Assembly: GCA_009914755.4 (NCBI GenBank)
Contig: CP068257.2
Location: forward strand, 24,960,001 to 25,024,000
Source: the human T2T-CHM13v2.0 reference genome, Homo sapiens
Length of the DNA: 64,000 bases
Reading direction: 5' to 3'
Numbering within the stretch: the stretch's first letter is position 1; each line of letters starts with the position of its first letter. Made by a program: the position numbers and the translations under genes. The notes below the pieces were generated by a model. The model was not told the DNA's origin and did not search any database. It saw only the letters and a program-made list of their open reading frames with translations. Shown piece after piece: positions 41,545-53,773 of the stretch.

Positions 41545-42508
41545 ATCCATAGTAAATAGAAAACCTACAGAATGGGAGAAAGGACTTGCAAACTATGCAT
41601 CTGATGAGGGTCTAATATCCAGCATCTGTAAGGAACTTAAACAAATTTGCAATGAACAAACAAACAACCTCATTAAACATTAGGCAAAGAACATGAACAG
41701 TCATGTTTAAAAAGAAGACCTACATGCAGCCTACAGGCATATGGAAAGAAGATCAATATCACTGATCATTAGAGAAATGCAAATCAAAACCACAATGAGA
41801 TATCATCTTACACCAGTCAGAATGGTTATTATTAAAAAGTCAAAACTAACAGATGCTGGAGAGGTTGTGGAGAAAAGGGAATGCTTATACACTGTTCTTG
41901 GGAATGTATATTAGTTCAATAATCATGGAAAGCAGTGTGGAAAGTCCTCAAAAAGCTAAAAACAGAACTACTATTCAGTAATGGGATTACTGGGTATATA
42001 CCCAAAGAAATATAAATCATTCTATTATAAAGACACATGTACATGTATATTCATTGCAGTACTATTCACAATAGCAAAGACATGGAATCAGCCTCAATGC
42101 CCATCAATGGTCGACTGAATAAAGAAAATGTGGTACATATACACCAAGGAATACTATGCAGCCATAAAAATTACAAGATCATGTCCTTTGCAGGAAACAC
42201 GAATGGAGCTGGAGGCTATTATCCTTAGAAAACTAACGCAGGAACAGAAAATCAGATACCAGATGTTCTCACTTATAAGTGGGAGCTAAATGATGAGAAC
42301 ACATGGATAAATAGAGGGGAACAACAGACCCTAGGGCCTACCTGATGGTGCAGGGCAGAAGGAGAGAGGGGATCAGAAAAAATAATTATTGGATACTAAG
42401 CTTAGTACTTAGGTGATTAAATAATCTGCACAGCAAACCCCTGTGACACAAGCTTACTTATATAAAAAACCTGTACATGTACCCCCGAATGTAAAATAAA
42501 AAAAAAGT
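41545..42508 (+). mobile_element. Direct 3' segment of the same L1 insertion (ORF2 C-terminus, 3'UTR, poly-A), forward orientation
   Basis: 'ccatagtaaatagaaaacctacagaatgggagaaaggacttgcaaactatgcatctgatgagggtctaatatccagcatctgtaaggaacttaaacaaatttgcaatgaacaaacaaacaacctcattaaacattaggcaaagaacatgaacag' translates to 'PTEWEKGLANYASDEGLISSICKELKQICNEQTNNLIKH*AKNMN'. Ends '...cctgtacatgtacccccgaatgtaaaataaaaaaaaag'. Confidence 0.85.
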
Positions 42509-43390
42509 GATATTCCAATCATTTGGATAATTTAGTTATCTAAAATAATGCACTTCCCTGGATAACTGGATAGATGGGATTTTATTGATGCGTTCGATAT
42601 TTTGTCATTTGATGAAGAGCATTTGTGTTGAGGTTTTATGAAGCATCTGAAAAAATACATATTACCTTATTTTACTGCAAATAGTAATTGCCAACAGTCA
42701 AGATATGTACTACCACCAAATTCCGTGTTATTTGTGATCAAAAGATATACACAGATACTTGAAAACTGATTTCTACGTTGCATATGGGAAAAATACCTCA
42801 TTTTTCTCAGCTGTCCATTATTTTTGAGATATTATGTGCAGTGATAGTAAGAACAAGCAGATTTGGAACACATCAGCAATAATTTTTTCAATCAGAGTCC
42901 TGCCAAAATGAAAGAATTTGACAGTATCCGGCACCCTGTACTCATGCTTGGCTTCTGTAGAAACTGTGGCTTGCAAAAGGGCAGCTGGGTACTGTGTTTT
43001 GGTACCTCATTCTTTAAACGTATAATGGGAATCTGGTTGGTTCAGGAAAACCCTTGCCTACTTATTATTACTCTGTTTTTAGAGTTGTTGCTGCCATTGA
43101 TTAGATGACATTTAAGCCCACTGCACTCTCATACCAGATTCTTGTACAGGTAAATTCTAATGCTTGATGGAGTAACAGAGTACTGCTGTGGAGAAAATGC
43201 AGTAACTGGTCAGTTACTCTTTAATTCCAGAACCTCCAGCAGTTGTAAGGAGGACTGGATAAATTGCATTTGGTGGGTTACTTGACAGCCGATTTGCACA
43301 TAGGATGCCATGGGCTATGGTAAAATAATGTGTTCTACTTGTGGCAAGTGTGCTTAGAATAAAAACACACTAATGCTGTATTCTCAGTAA

Positions 43391-43759
<369 letters not shown>

Positions 43760-44215
43760 TAACGCATGTAAAGAATTGCTTCATGTAGAGGAAGCTTCCT
43801 TTTAAGAGGATTTTGGAGGTATTTATAAGACAATATGGGGACGCTATATTTGTGTCTAACTACAACAAAATGTATTACGAGGTTTATTTTTCCCTTATTA
43901 TATAAGAAAAACATATTTAAGAAAGATATAAAAACAAAAAAGAAAATAAAAATAGCTTACCATTCCAGAAATAATTTAACATAATTTTTCCACATTATTA
44001 TATATGTAATTTTTATATACATTTTTGTATATAGATTATTTTAAAATAAGAATATACTGTATTGGACTCTGGTTTTTTTTGGTTGTTGTTCATTTAACAA
44101 TGTATGGCGAATATTTTCCCATGTTAATAAAAGTATCCTATACTAGTCATTTGAATGTTTGCTGAGAATTAATTAATTTTACTGATGTATCCTAATTATA
44201 TAATTATTCCCTTGG

Positions 44216-44569
44216 TGTATTAGTCTGTTCTCATGCTGCTAATAAAGACATACACGAGGCTGGGTAATTTATAAAGGAAAGAGGTTTGATGGAATTACCG
44301 CTTCACATGGCTGGGGAGGCCTTAAAATCATGGCGGAAGACAAACGAAGAACAGAGGGTCCTCTTATATGTCAGCAAGCTGAAAGAGCTTGTGCAAGGGA
44401 AGTCCCATTCATAAAGCCATCAGATCTCATGAGACTTATTCACTATCACGAGAACAGCATTGGAAAGGCCCGCCCCTATGATTTAATTACCTCCCACCAG
44501 GCCCCTCCCACAACACGTGGGAATTGTGGGAGCTGCAATTCAAAATTAGATTTGGGTGGGGCCATATCA
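44216..44569 (-). mobile_element. THE1/MST-type MaLR solo LTR, reverse orientation
   Basis: 'tgtattagtctgttctcatgctgctaataaagacatacacgaggctgggtaatttataaaggaaagaggtttgatgg...cacatggctggggaggcc...atcatggcggaag...agatctcatgagacttattcactatcacgagaacagcattggaaaggcccgcccctatgatttaattacctcccaccaggcccctcccacaacacgtgggaattgtgggagctgcaattcaaaattagatttgggtggggccatatca' is a near-complete reverse-complement THE1-like LTR. Confidence 0.85.
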
Positions 44570-44593
44570 CTTGGTGATAGACATTGAAGTCTT

Positions 44594-44740
44594 TTCCTTC
44601 CTTCCTTCCCTCCCTCTCCCTCCCTCCCTCCCTCCCTCCCTCCCTCCCTCCTTCCTTCCTTCCTTCCTTCCTTCCTTCCTTCCTTCCTTCTTCCTTTCCC
44701 TCTTTCTCTCTTTCATTCTTTCTTTTCTTGCTTCTTTTTG
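44594..44740. repeat. (CCCT)n/(CCTT)n polypyrimidine microsatellite, about 145 bp, starting about 25 bp after the THE1 LTR
   Basis: 'ccttccttccttccctccctctccctccctccctccctccctccctccctccctccttccttccttccttccttccttccttccttccttccttcttcctttccctctttctctctttcattctttcttttcttgcttcttttt'. Confidence 0.9.
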
Positions 44741-46102
44741 GTATAAGCCATGTTAACATAAAAATCTTAATAGCTACATATGTAACCATACATAACTGTC
44801 TCCTTATGTTAAATAGCTAGAAATGTAAGTGATGAATCAAAGGGTATGTGCCATGGTACAGAGATCAGCTGAATTCAATAAAGTACCAGCAGAAAGCATC
44901 TTTATTCTTTTAAATTTTTGTTTTGAACTATAGTTCTTTTGTTCCTACAGCAAAAAAAAAAAAAATTCAGGCAGGTTTCATAGTTTTCCATGACACTCCT
45001 AAATAATAAATGGATAATTTATTTAGTATTTTATGAATTGTCCAAAATCTGGAAGAATTTCATGGTCTAACATGGTTTGGTAGGTGCTCCTTTTGGAAAT
45101 AATTACTATTCCTGATAAAATTCTCCAGCAATTTTCTGATAGACATTAATGAACTGAAAAACCTAAACTTTTAAAATCCTAACAGTGTTCAATCTTAGGA
45201 AAAATCTAATGCCATTTAACAAACCTCATGAAGAGTCTGTAATTTTTAACCAGCTATTGCATTATAGTTTATCCAATCTAACAATTATTTTACAGCCATT
45301 TCCCTCCATGAAATGTGTCTTCCAGAGGAATTGTTTGAATTGTCATGTTCATAAGCTCCTTCCTTTGTGACAAATTTTAAGAAACACTTCGATGTGTTGA
45401 TAATCAATGTGTCTGTGAAGTTGCTTTACCAGACATTAGAAAGTTCTATCTACAAGACTAAGTGGGGTTTATTCCAGGTAGATAAGTGTAGTTAAATAAA
45501 CAATTAACATTATTCACTACATTATCAAATAAAAAATAATGGTCATAAAATCATGTTGATTGATACAAAAAAGAATTTCACAAATTTGTGTTAATTTATG
45601 ATTAAAACAAACAAAAAGTTTTTTGCAAATTAGAAACAGCAAGTTCCTTACTCTGACAAAAAAATATCAGTAAATAACCTACAGGAAAAATCATACACTA
45701 TAGTGAAATATTAAAACTATCCACCCAACATTAAGAACAAGATGATTTTGTCCAGCTGTTTAATACAATATTTTAATTCAGTACCTAACCAATAAACTAA
45801 GATAAGAAAAAAGTCTAACGAGAGTTAAAAGAGAAATAAAGGTGTCACTATTTGTAGAACAAGATGATCAAGTATGTAGAAATTCCAAAATAATCCACAC
45901 ATGTAAATTAATAGTGAATTGCACAATATCACTATATAAAGGTCATAAACAAAACGTATAATGCACAACGAATTTTTAAAAGTTGCGAAAATATCATTTA
46001 TAATATAAAAAAATCAGATACCTGGGAATAAATCTAAATAATAATGTACAAAATCTCTTTATCAAAATTAAAGAGCTATATAAATGAAAAGATATTTCAT
46101 GA

Positions 46103-46477
<375 letters not shown>

Positions 46478-46489
46478 TAAAAATACCGT

Positions 46490-46830
46490 TAGGATTTAGG
46501 CATTTATTTATTTCAAAAGTCACCAAGCTGAATTTAAAGTCCATTAGGAAAGGCAAAGGTCCAAGGATAGGCAAGACAATCTTGAAAAGAAAAAAATCTG
46601 AAAGACATTTACTCTCTTCACAGATTATTATAGAGCTAGAGTAATCAAGACAGTGTGATATTGGTACAAAAATAAACAAATAGATTAATGAAATAGAATA
46701 TAGTGTACCAAAATAAACCAGCATATATATTGCCACATTATTTGTAATAGGAAACATAGCAATTCAATAATAGAAAAAGGGTGTTGTTAATAAATAGTCC
46801 TAGGCCATTTGGATATTCACATGGAAAAAA
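46490..46830 (+). mobile_element. Old L1 (L1M-type) ORF2 C-terminal fragment, forward orientation
   Basis: '...aaagtccattaggaaaggcaaaggtccaaggataggcaagacaatcttgaaaagaaaaaaatctgaaagacatttactctcttcacagattattatagagctagagtaatcaagacagtgtgatattggtacaaaaataaacaaatagattaatgaaatagaatatagtgtaccaaaataaaccagcatatatattgccacatt...' translates to 'KSIRKGKGPRIGKTILKRKKSERHLLSSQIIIELE.SRQCDIGTKINK.INEIEYSVPK' (L1 ORF2 '...[56 protein letters not shown]...'). Confidence 0.6.
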
Positions 46831-47225
46831 ATTATCTTGATCCCTAACTCCTCACACACCCCCCCACACACACAGTTTCCATTTCATTTGCAATCTAATT
46901 GTTAAAAGTAAAATAATAAAGATATTAGAGGAAAATGTGATTATCGTCATGATTTTGATGTAAATAAGACAAAAAGCACTAACCACAAAAGAAACTGTTT
47001 TTCAAAATACATATCAAGTCTTCTGTTATAATTATGGTAGAATAACTAAAGAGGTTTCCTCCAGTTAGAATACTGGACAAAGTCACAATGGTTTTCAGAT
47101 TTTAGAATGCAGATCACATAGAACTTTGATTCACGAAACAAGAGAAACAAAAGAGGAGAGGTGAAAGAATACCTTGGCTATCTGTAGGAAAACGCCTTTC
47201 TGGACTATGGCAGGGAGTGGAATCA

Positions 47226-47712
<487 letters not shown>

Positions 47713-48099
47713 CTACATGTGTGTAAGGTAAAATGTCATGAGGTTGGGAAAAGAGCATCCAGGTAGATATATTCTGACCAGGTCCCAGACCTCACAAAGG
47801 GCTACAGGGCATTTTATGTTTCAGAAAGAGGAAGTGTCCTCATCGAACACCTGGGGCATCCAGTGAGGACAACGGAGAGGCTGTCCTTCAGTAAGGTGGC
47901 TAAAAACCGAAGGCGACTCCAGACTCACGCTAAGAAAGCTTTAAAGCAAGCTATGAAAACTTTAAGCTGCTCTGCAATTAACTTAAATGCATGACAGAAC
48001 AAAGTGTAACTCTCTCAAAAGGAAGACTACAAAACCAGGCACTCAATAACACAAATTCACCATGTCCAGAATTACTGAACATGCAAAATATACAATGAA

Positions 48100-48560
48100 G
48101 AAAAATGTAACTCATTAACAGGAGAAAAATTAGGCAATGGAAAAAGACATGCTTCTCCTGACAGGGTCAATACAAGCAAAAAATAAACGAAAAAAAAAAG
48201 GAAAAAGACACATACATGACAAAAATAATGAAATTAGCAGACGAGGACCTTACAAGAGCTTATATAAACATGCTCAATATGTGCCAGTATTAAGGGAAAA
48301 TGAACATAATGAAAATGGGAATAAAAGATAAAGAAGAAAGAACAACTCATTGGATGAGCTTAAAAACAGAATAGACATTGAAGAAGTTTATCAATTAACT
48401 TGAAAGTATAGTAATTGAAACTATAGAAACGTAGGCCCAAAAAGAAAAGAAAAAGGCTAAAATGAAAATTAAATCAAGAGCCTCATGACTTATATCACAA
48501 TATCATATGTCATATATAAAACCCTGTACCAATTTACTAACGAATAATACTATCCTGGTT
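48100..48560 (+). mobile_element. Old L1-like fragment (ORF1-like region), forward orientation, low confidence
   Basis: Translation around 48340-48470 '...ELKNRIDIEEVYQLT.KYSN.NYRNVGPKRKEKG.NEN.IKS...' resembles L1 ORF1p ('ELKxRIxxxEERISELEDR...KEKRxKxNE...'). Confidence 0.4.
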
Positions 48561-49165
48561 TAATTTGCATTTCTTTGACTACTTGATTTACCATTTCTTT
48601 CACATGGCTTTTGTTAATATTTTTTCTTAGTAAATTTCCAGGAGAAAAACAGTCGTTTATGTTATCACAGGCAAACTGGGATCACGTTGATTAAATCAGA
48701 ATCTTTTATGATAAACAGCCATTTCAGCAATCAGAATATAGGCCATCGGTTAGATGAAAGTAGGAATGGACCCACAGTTTTTTTTCTTACCTATTAGAAT
48801 AACTTTAATTCTAACTTGAATCCTTGATGAGAAGGTGAGTGTGCCGTTACAGGTTTTCATTTTAGTCTTTAAAAAGACAATCATGATCAAAGAGCTACCA
48901 CAAAATGAAAAACAACAATGAGAAAGTTTGCTTGATATGCTTTTGCTTTAGGGGCCCCACGTTAGTGTGATTCCACTCTTTGTTAAGTACACAGTGTTTC
49001 ACAAAACACAATTAAGTTCCTAAGGAGATATCTCTGTTGAATGTAATGGCAAGTAGAATCTCAAGAAGGCTTGGTTACAAGATCCTAAACCTTAATTCGT
49101 ATACATGATGGGTCTGTCAATAAGTAGGAAACCATTCAAACACAGCATTTAAAAGTTGCACCTTC

Positions 49166-49735
49166 AGAGTGTGATATTCCCCTTCCTGTGTCCATGTGAT
49201 CTCATTGTTCAATTCCCACCTATGAGTGAGAATATGCGGCGTTTGGTTTTTTGTTCTTGCGATAGTTTACTGAGAATGATGATTTCCAATTTCATCCATG
49301 TCCCTACAAAGGACATGAACCCATCATTTTTTATGGCTGCATAGTATTCCATGGTGTATATGTGCCACATTTTCTTAATCCAGTCTATCATTGTTGGACA
49401 TTTGGGTTGGTCCCAAGTCTTTGCTATTGTGAATAATGCCGCAATAAACATGTGTGCATGTGTCTTTATAGCAGCATGATTTATAGTCATTTGGGTATAT
49501 ACCCAGTAATGGGATGGCTGGGTCAAATGGTATTTCTAGTTCTAGATCCTTGAGGAATTGCCACACTGTCTTCCACAATGGTTGAACTAGTTTACAGTCC
49601 CACCAACAGTGTAAAAGTGTTCCTATTTCTCCACATCCTCTCCAGCACCTGTTGTTTCCTGACTTTTTAATGATCGCCATTCTAACTGGTGTGAGATGGT
49701 ATCTCATAGTGGTTTTGATTTGCAGTTCTCTGAGG
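49166..49735 (-). mobile_element. Inverted 5' segment of a twin-primed young L1 (L1PA-type) insertion: ORF2 C-terminus, reverse orientation
   Basis: Minus-strand ORFs 49209-49526 ('...[80 protein letters not shown]') and 49375-49914 ('...[91 protein letters not shown]') are near-consensus L1PA ORF2 C-terminus. Confidence 0.9.
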
Positions 49736-49887
49736 GGTGGGGGGAGGGGGGAGGGATAGCATTGGGAGATATACCTAATGCTAGATGACGAGTTAGTGGG
49801 TGCAGCGTACCAGCATGGCACATGTATACATATGTAACTAACCTGCACAATGTGCACATGTACCCTAAAACTTGAAGTATAATAAAA
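49736..49887 (+). mobile_element. Direct 3'-terminal segment (3'UTR end and A-tail) of the same L1PA insertion, forward orientation
   Basis: 'ggtggggggaggggggagggatagcattgggagatatacctaatgctagatgacgagttagtgggtgcagcgtaccagcatggcacatgtatacatatgtaactaacctgcacaatgtgcacatgtaccctaaaacttgaagtataataaaaaaaaaaa'. The whole insertion is flanked by the 15-bp TSD 'aaaagttgcaccttc' (49151-49165 and 49888-49902). Confidence 0.9.
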
Positions 49888-49924
49888 AAAAAAAGTTGCA
49901 CCTTCTGTACACAATGTTACAAGC

Positions 49925-50417
49925 TGTTATGCGTTGAATCATGTTCCTCCTTCACTCTGAAATTCATATGTTGGAGTTCTAACCTCTAGGACCTCAGAAT
50001 GTAACCTTATTTGGAAATAGGTTCATTGCAGATGTAGTTAGTTAAGATAAAGTCATACTGGAGTAGGGTGGGCCCCTAATCCAAGATGACTGTTGCCTTT
50101 ACAAAAAGGAGAAATTTGGACAAAGACATACACACAGGAAGAATGCCATGGGAAGATGAAGGCAGAGATGGAGATGATACAGCTACAAACCAAGGAATGT
50201 CAGGTTGCCTGCAAACCACCAGAAGCTAAGGCAGAGGCAAGGAACAGATTTCCCCTCACAGTCCTCAGAAGAACCAACCTGGCTGACCCTTCATCTTGGA
50301 CTTCTGACCTCCAGAGCTGTTAGGCCATAAATTTCCGTTGTTTAAGCCTCCAAGTTTGTGGTATAGAATATGTTTGATATGACAGTTTAATATGGCAGCC
50401 TCAGGAAATTAATATAT
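49925..50417 (+). mobile_element. MaLR solo LTR, MLT1-family-like, forward orientation
   Basis: 'tgttatgcgttgaatcatgttcctccttcactctgaaattcatatgttggagttctaacctctaggacctcagaatgtaaccttatttggaaataggttcattgcagatgtagttagttaagataaagtcatactggagtagggtgggcccctaatccaagatgactgttgcctttacaaaaaggagaaatttggacaaagacatacacacaggaagaatgccatgggaagatgaaggcagagatg...acaaaccaaggaatgtcaggttgcctgcaaaccaccagaagctaaggcagaggcaaggaacagatttcccctcacagtcctcagaagaaccaacctggctgacccttcatcttggacttctgacctccagagctgttaggccataaatttccgttgtttaagcctccaagtttgtggtatagaat...atggcagcctcaggaaattaatata' follows the MLT1 consensus architecture end to end. Confidence 0.65.
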
Positions 50418-52358
50418 ATGCAAAAAACCCCAAACAAAATCTCCCAAACAAAAAAACAAAACTGTCATTTGAAAAAGTGATCAGAAACAAATAAATTCAT
50501 TAGCAGAGCATGCTAGGATTAGGTAAAGCACGAGTAGAACAAATAAGTATGTTAAGAGAGATAGTGACTAAAAAAAGGCTACAGTGGATGAAAAACTTTT
50601 TAAGAAATCCTTATTTTTAAAAACTAGGTGTTAAGGTTGCATGATAAAAGCAGTTTAAATTACCTTTGCTTGGCATGGTTTTTTGAATAAAGAGAGCTGT
50701 TAAAATATGGCATTGAGATATAAAGGGCATCACTTGAGCAAAAATGTGAAGCACAGAAATATAGTTTATTATTAATTGGGTTTTACTATTAGTATCTTGC
50801 ATTTTTCTGGCTCAAAGACAGCAAGATACTACATTTCAAAAGGTTTAAACTTAGCTCAAAATAGCTTTAAATTGTAGCAAGAGGAGCTGTGTAATTCAAA
50901 TTTTCTCTTTGTACTTGTCTCATCTTTAAGACTAATGGAATTGATTGGTGAATTATTATTAAAACATCCTTCAAGTTTGAGGCATTTCCCAGCGAGTTAT
51001 TCAGAATGCTGATTGTTTTCCTTTTACCAGCTTTCATTTGTACTTTATGGGTCAGTGACTAAAATGTAGGATGCTCTCTAAGTCAGAGTGACTTCAATAT
51101 AAAAGATGTTAGGGAAGCAAAATTGCATGCCAAGCAAATCTTTATCTTAATTAGCTGCTAGAACATGAAGAGTTTGCTTCTGTGCCTAAAACATATTACA
51201 GCTGCCTACTTATGTGAAGCCTTTATTGCACCACCCAACACAGATTTTTTTCCCCATAATCACTGAGATTTGAAATTTTAAAGGAGAAAAATAAATTCTT
51301 TTCTTGGATGCAGTATATTCTGCCGAAGAGTGAAGAAGCACGAACATTTCCAGTAGAACAAGATTTTCCTGCTTTTAAAAATACTACATTAAAGCTGAAA
51401 ATTTAGGCCAAAATTTTCAAGTGGTAATAGTTACAGGCAATTCATCTTTCTGGTCAGAAAAGGGTGTTACTGCAGCTATTTCTGCCTGAAACTGGGTGGC
51501 ACTACTACTTTTTTTTTTTTTTTTTTAACTGAGCAGACATTTTCCTTACACTAAAATTGAGAAAAAGAGAAATTTCTAAATTTCCATTGAACAGTTCCTT
51601 GCACATCATTTTAACTCTGTGAGACAGTGTCACATCGAAACGACACACTACATCACGAAGCTTTTCTAAATGACGGAGGTGGCTTGCAGCTGCTGACCTC
51701 ACTTCTCTTGGACTTGGCAGCAATCCACACTGCCTTGATCATGGCAGTGAAAATAAGATAGTATTCAGTATTATTTGTCCAAATCTGGCGTATCATTGCT
51801 TGTGGATACATGAATGATCTTGGGACTTGAAAACATTGCTGATGGAAACTCAAACAAGATAAAGGGCTAATGACATTGATAGGAAACATAAGAAGAAAGT
51901 TATTCCATGACTTCATAAGAGTTGTCAGAATTTATTATGCATGTAACTACAGGGGAAGTGCAAAGAGAAGTTGTTTCAGAAATTGATGTAAGGGTAGGAC
52001 AATACATTGTGCAAGTTGACTCTCAATGAGACTATTTGTAGCATCCCACTTTTGGAATGCCATATTCTAGAGCTCAAATTGGACTGAAAGATCTGTCCTG
52101 GTGTGCCTGCCCTGTTGTTTCACATGGTTACGATTTTCAGGTGTAGTGATTGTGTGGATTATTTTCTATTTAATCCTTCTAGACCCACTTTTTACCCATT
52201 CCCATCCTGCTTTATGTCCCAGCATGCTGCTACATCATGGATTTCTTATCCTCTGGATTCTGGAGCAGAAGATGGAAGAGTGAGATTAAGATTGACAGTT
52301 GACCCTTGAACAACACAGATTTGAAGGGTGCAGGTCTCTGTCCACTTATATGTGGATA

Positions 52359-53265
52359 TTTTTCTTTTTGTATATATTTTTTATTATACTTTAAGTTCTA
52401 GGGTACACGTGCACAACGTGCAGTTTTGTTACATATGTATACATGTGCCATGTTGGTTTGCTGCACCCATTAACTCGTCATTTATATTAGGTATATCTCC
52501 TAATGCTATCCCTCCCCCCTCCCCCCACCCCACAACAGGCCCTGGTGTGTGATGTTCCCTTTCCTGTGTCCAAGTGTTCTCATTGTTCAATTCTCACCTA
52601 TGAGTGAGAACGTGCAGTGTTTGGTTTTTTGTCCTTGTGATAGTTTGCTGAGAATGATGGTTTCCAACTTCATCCATATCCCTACAAAGGACATGAACTC
52701 ATTTTTTATGGCTGCATAGTATTCCATGGTGTATATGTGCCACATTTTCTTAATCCAGTCTATCATTGTTGGACATTGGGTTGGATCCAAGTCTTTGCTA
52801 TTGTGAATAGTGCCACAGTAAACATACGTGTGCGTGTGTCTTTATAGCAGCATGATTTATAATCCTTTGGGTACATACCCAGTAATGGGATTGCTGGGTC
52901 AAATGGTATTTCTAGTTCTAGATCCCTGAGGAATCGACACACTGTCTTCCACATTGATTGAACTAGTTTACAGTCCCACCAAGAGTGTAAAAGTGTTCCT
53001 ATTTCTCTACATCCTCTCCAGCACCTGTTGTTTCCTGACATTTTAATGATCGCCACTCTAACTGGTGTGAGATGGTATCTCATTGTGGTTTTGATTTGCA
53101 TTTCTCTGATGGCCAGTGATGATGAGCATTTTTTCATGTGTCTGTTGGCTGCATAAATGTCTTCTTTTGAGAAGTGTCTCTTTCAAACAAATTTACAAGA
53201 AAAAAACAAACAACCCCATCAACAGGTGGGTGAAGGATATGAACAGACACTTCTCAAAAGAAGAC
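52359..53265 (-). mobile_element. Young L1 (L1PA-type) 3' fragment nested in Tigger1, reverse orientation, with a twin-priming inversion: main piece 52375-53180 (-), small inverted piece 53181-53265 (+)
   Basis: Poly-T/A-tail 52361-52380, then reverse-complement L1 3' end ('ttttattatactttaagttctagggtacacgtgcacaacgtgcagttttgttacatatgtatacatgtgccatgttggtttgctgcacccattaactcgtcatttatattaggtatatctcctaatgctatccctcccccctcccccc...'). Minus-strand ORFs 52587-52790 and 52763-53137 are ORF2 C-terminus ('...[89 protein letters not shown]'). 53181-53265 '...aaatttacaagaaaaaaacaaacaaccccatcaacaggtgggtgaaggatatgaacagacacttctcaaaagaagacat' is ORF2 '[27 protein letters not shown]' in the opposite orientation. 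Candidate TSD 'atatgtggata' at 52348-52358 and 53266-53276. Confidence 0.88.
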
Positions 53266-53773
53266 ATATGTGGATAGTTTTCAATAAATACATTGGAAAT
53301 TTTTTGGAGATTTATGACAATTTGAAAAAACAGATGAACTGCATGGCCTGCAAATATGGAAAAAAATAAGATAATTTTGTCATAGCTACATAAAATGACA
53401 TAAAATATTTTAGAAATTAGTCTGTTTTATTATTTGCTACAATAAAATATACACAAATCTATTATAAAAAGTTGAAATTTATTAAAACATATGTGCACAA
53501 ACACAGACCATACATGATGCCATTTGCAATGGAAAGAAATATAAACAATTCTAAAAATGCAGTATTAAAACTGCATAACGTTAACTGTAGTACATACTGT
53601 ACTATTGTAATAATTTTGTAGCCACCTCCTGTTGTTATTGCGGTGAGCTCATGTGTTGAAAGTAATTGCTTAAAATGCCATGTGACGCTAATCATCTCTG
53701 CGTGAGCAGTTCATCTCTCCAGTAAATTGTGTATCACAGTAAAAAGTGACTTGCAATTCTCACGTATTTTTCA

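Noticed and set aside
53157-53369. 70-aa ORF '[70 protein letters not shown]' as a candidate novel gene
   Set aside because: It is a chimeric read-through across the L1/Tigger1 insertion junction: the first half is L1 ORF2 C-terminal codons in a shifted frame, the second half is Tigger1 5' non-coding sequence. It is an accidental ORF.
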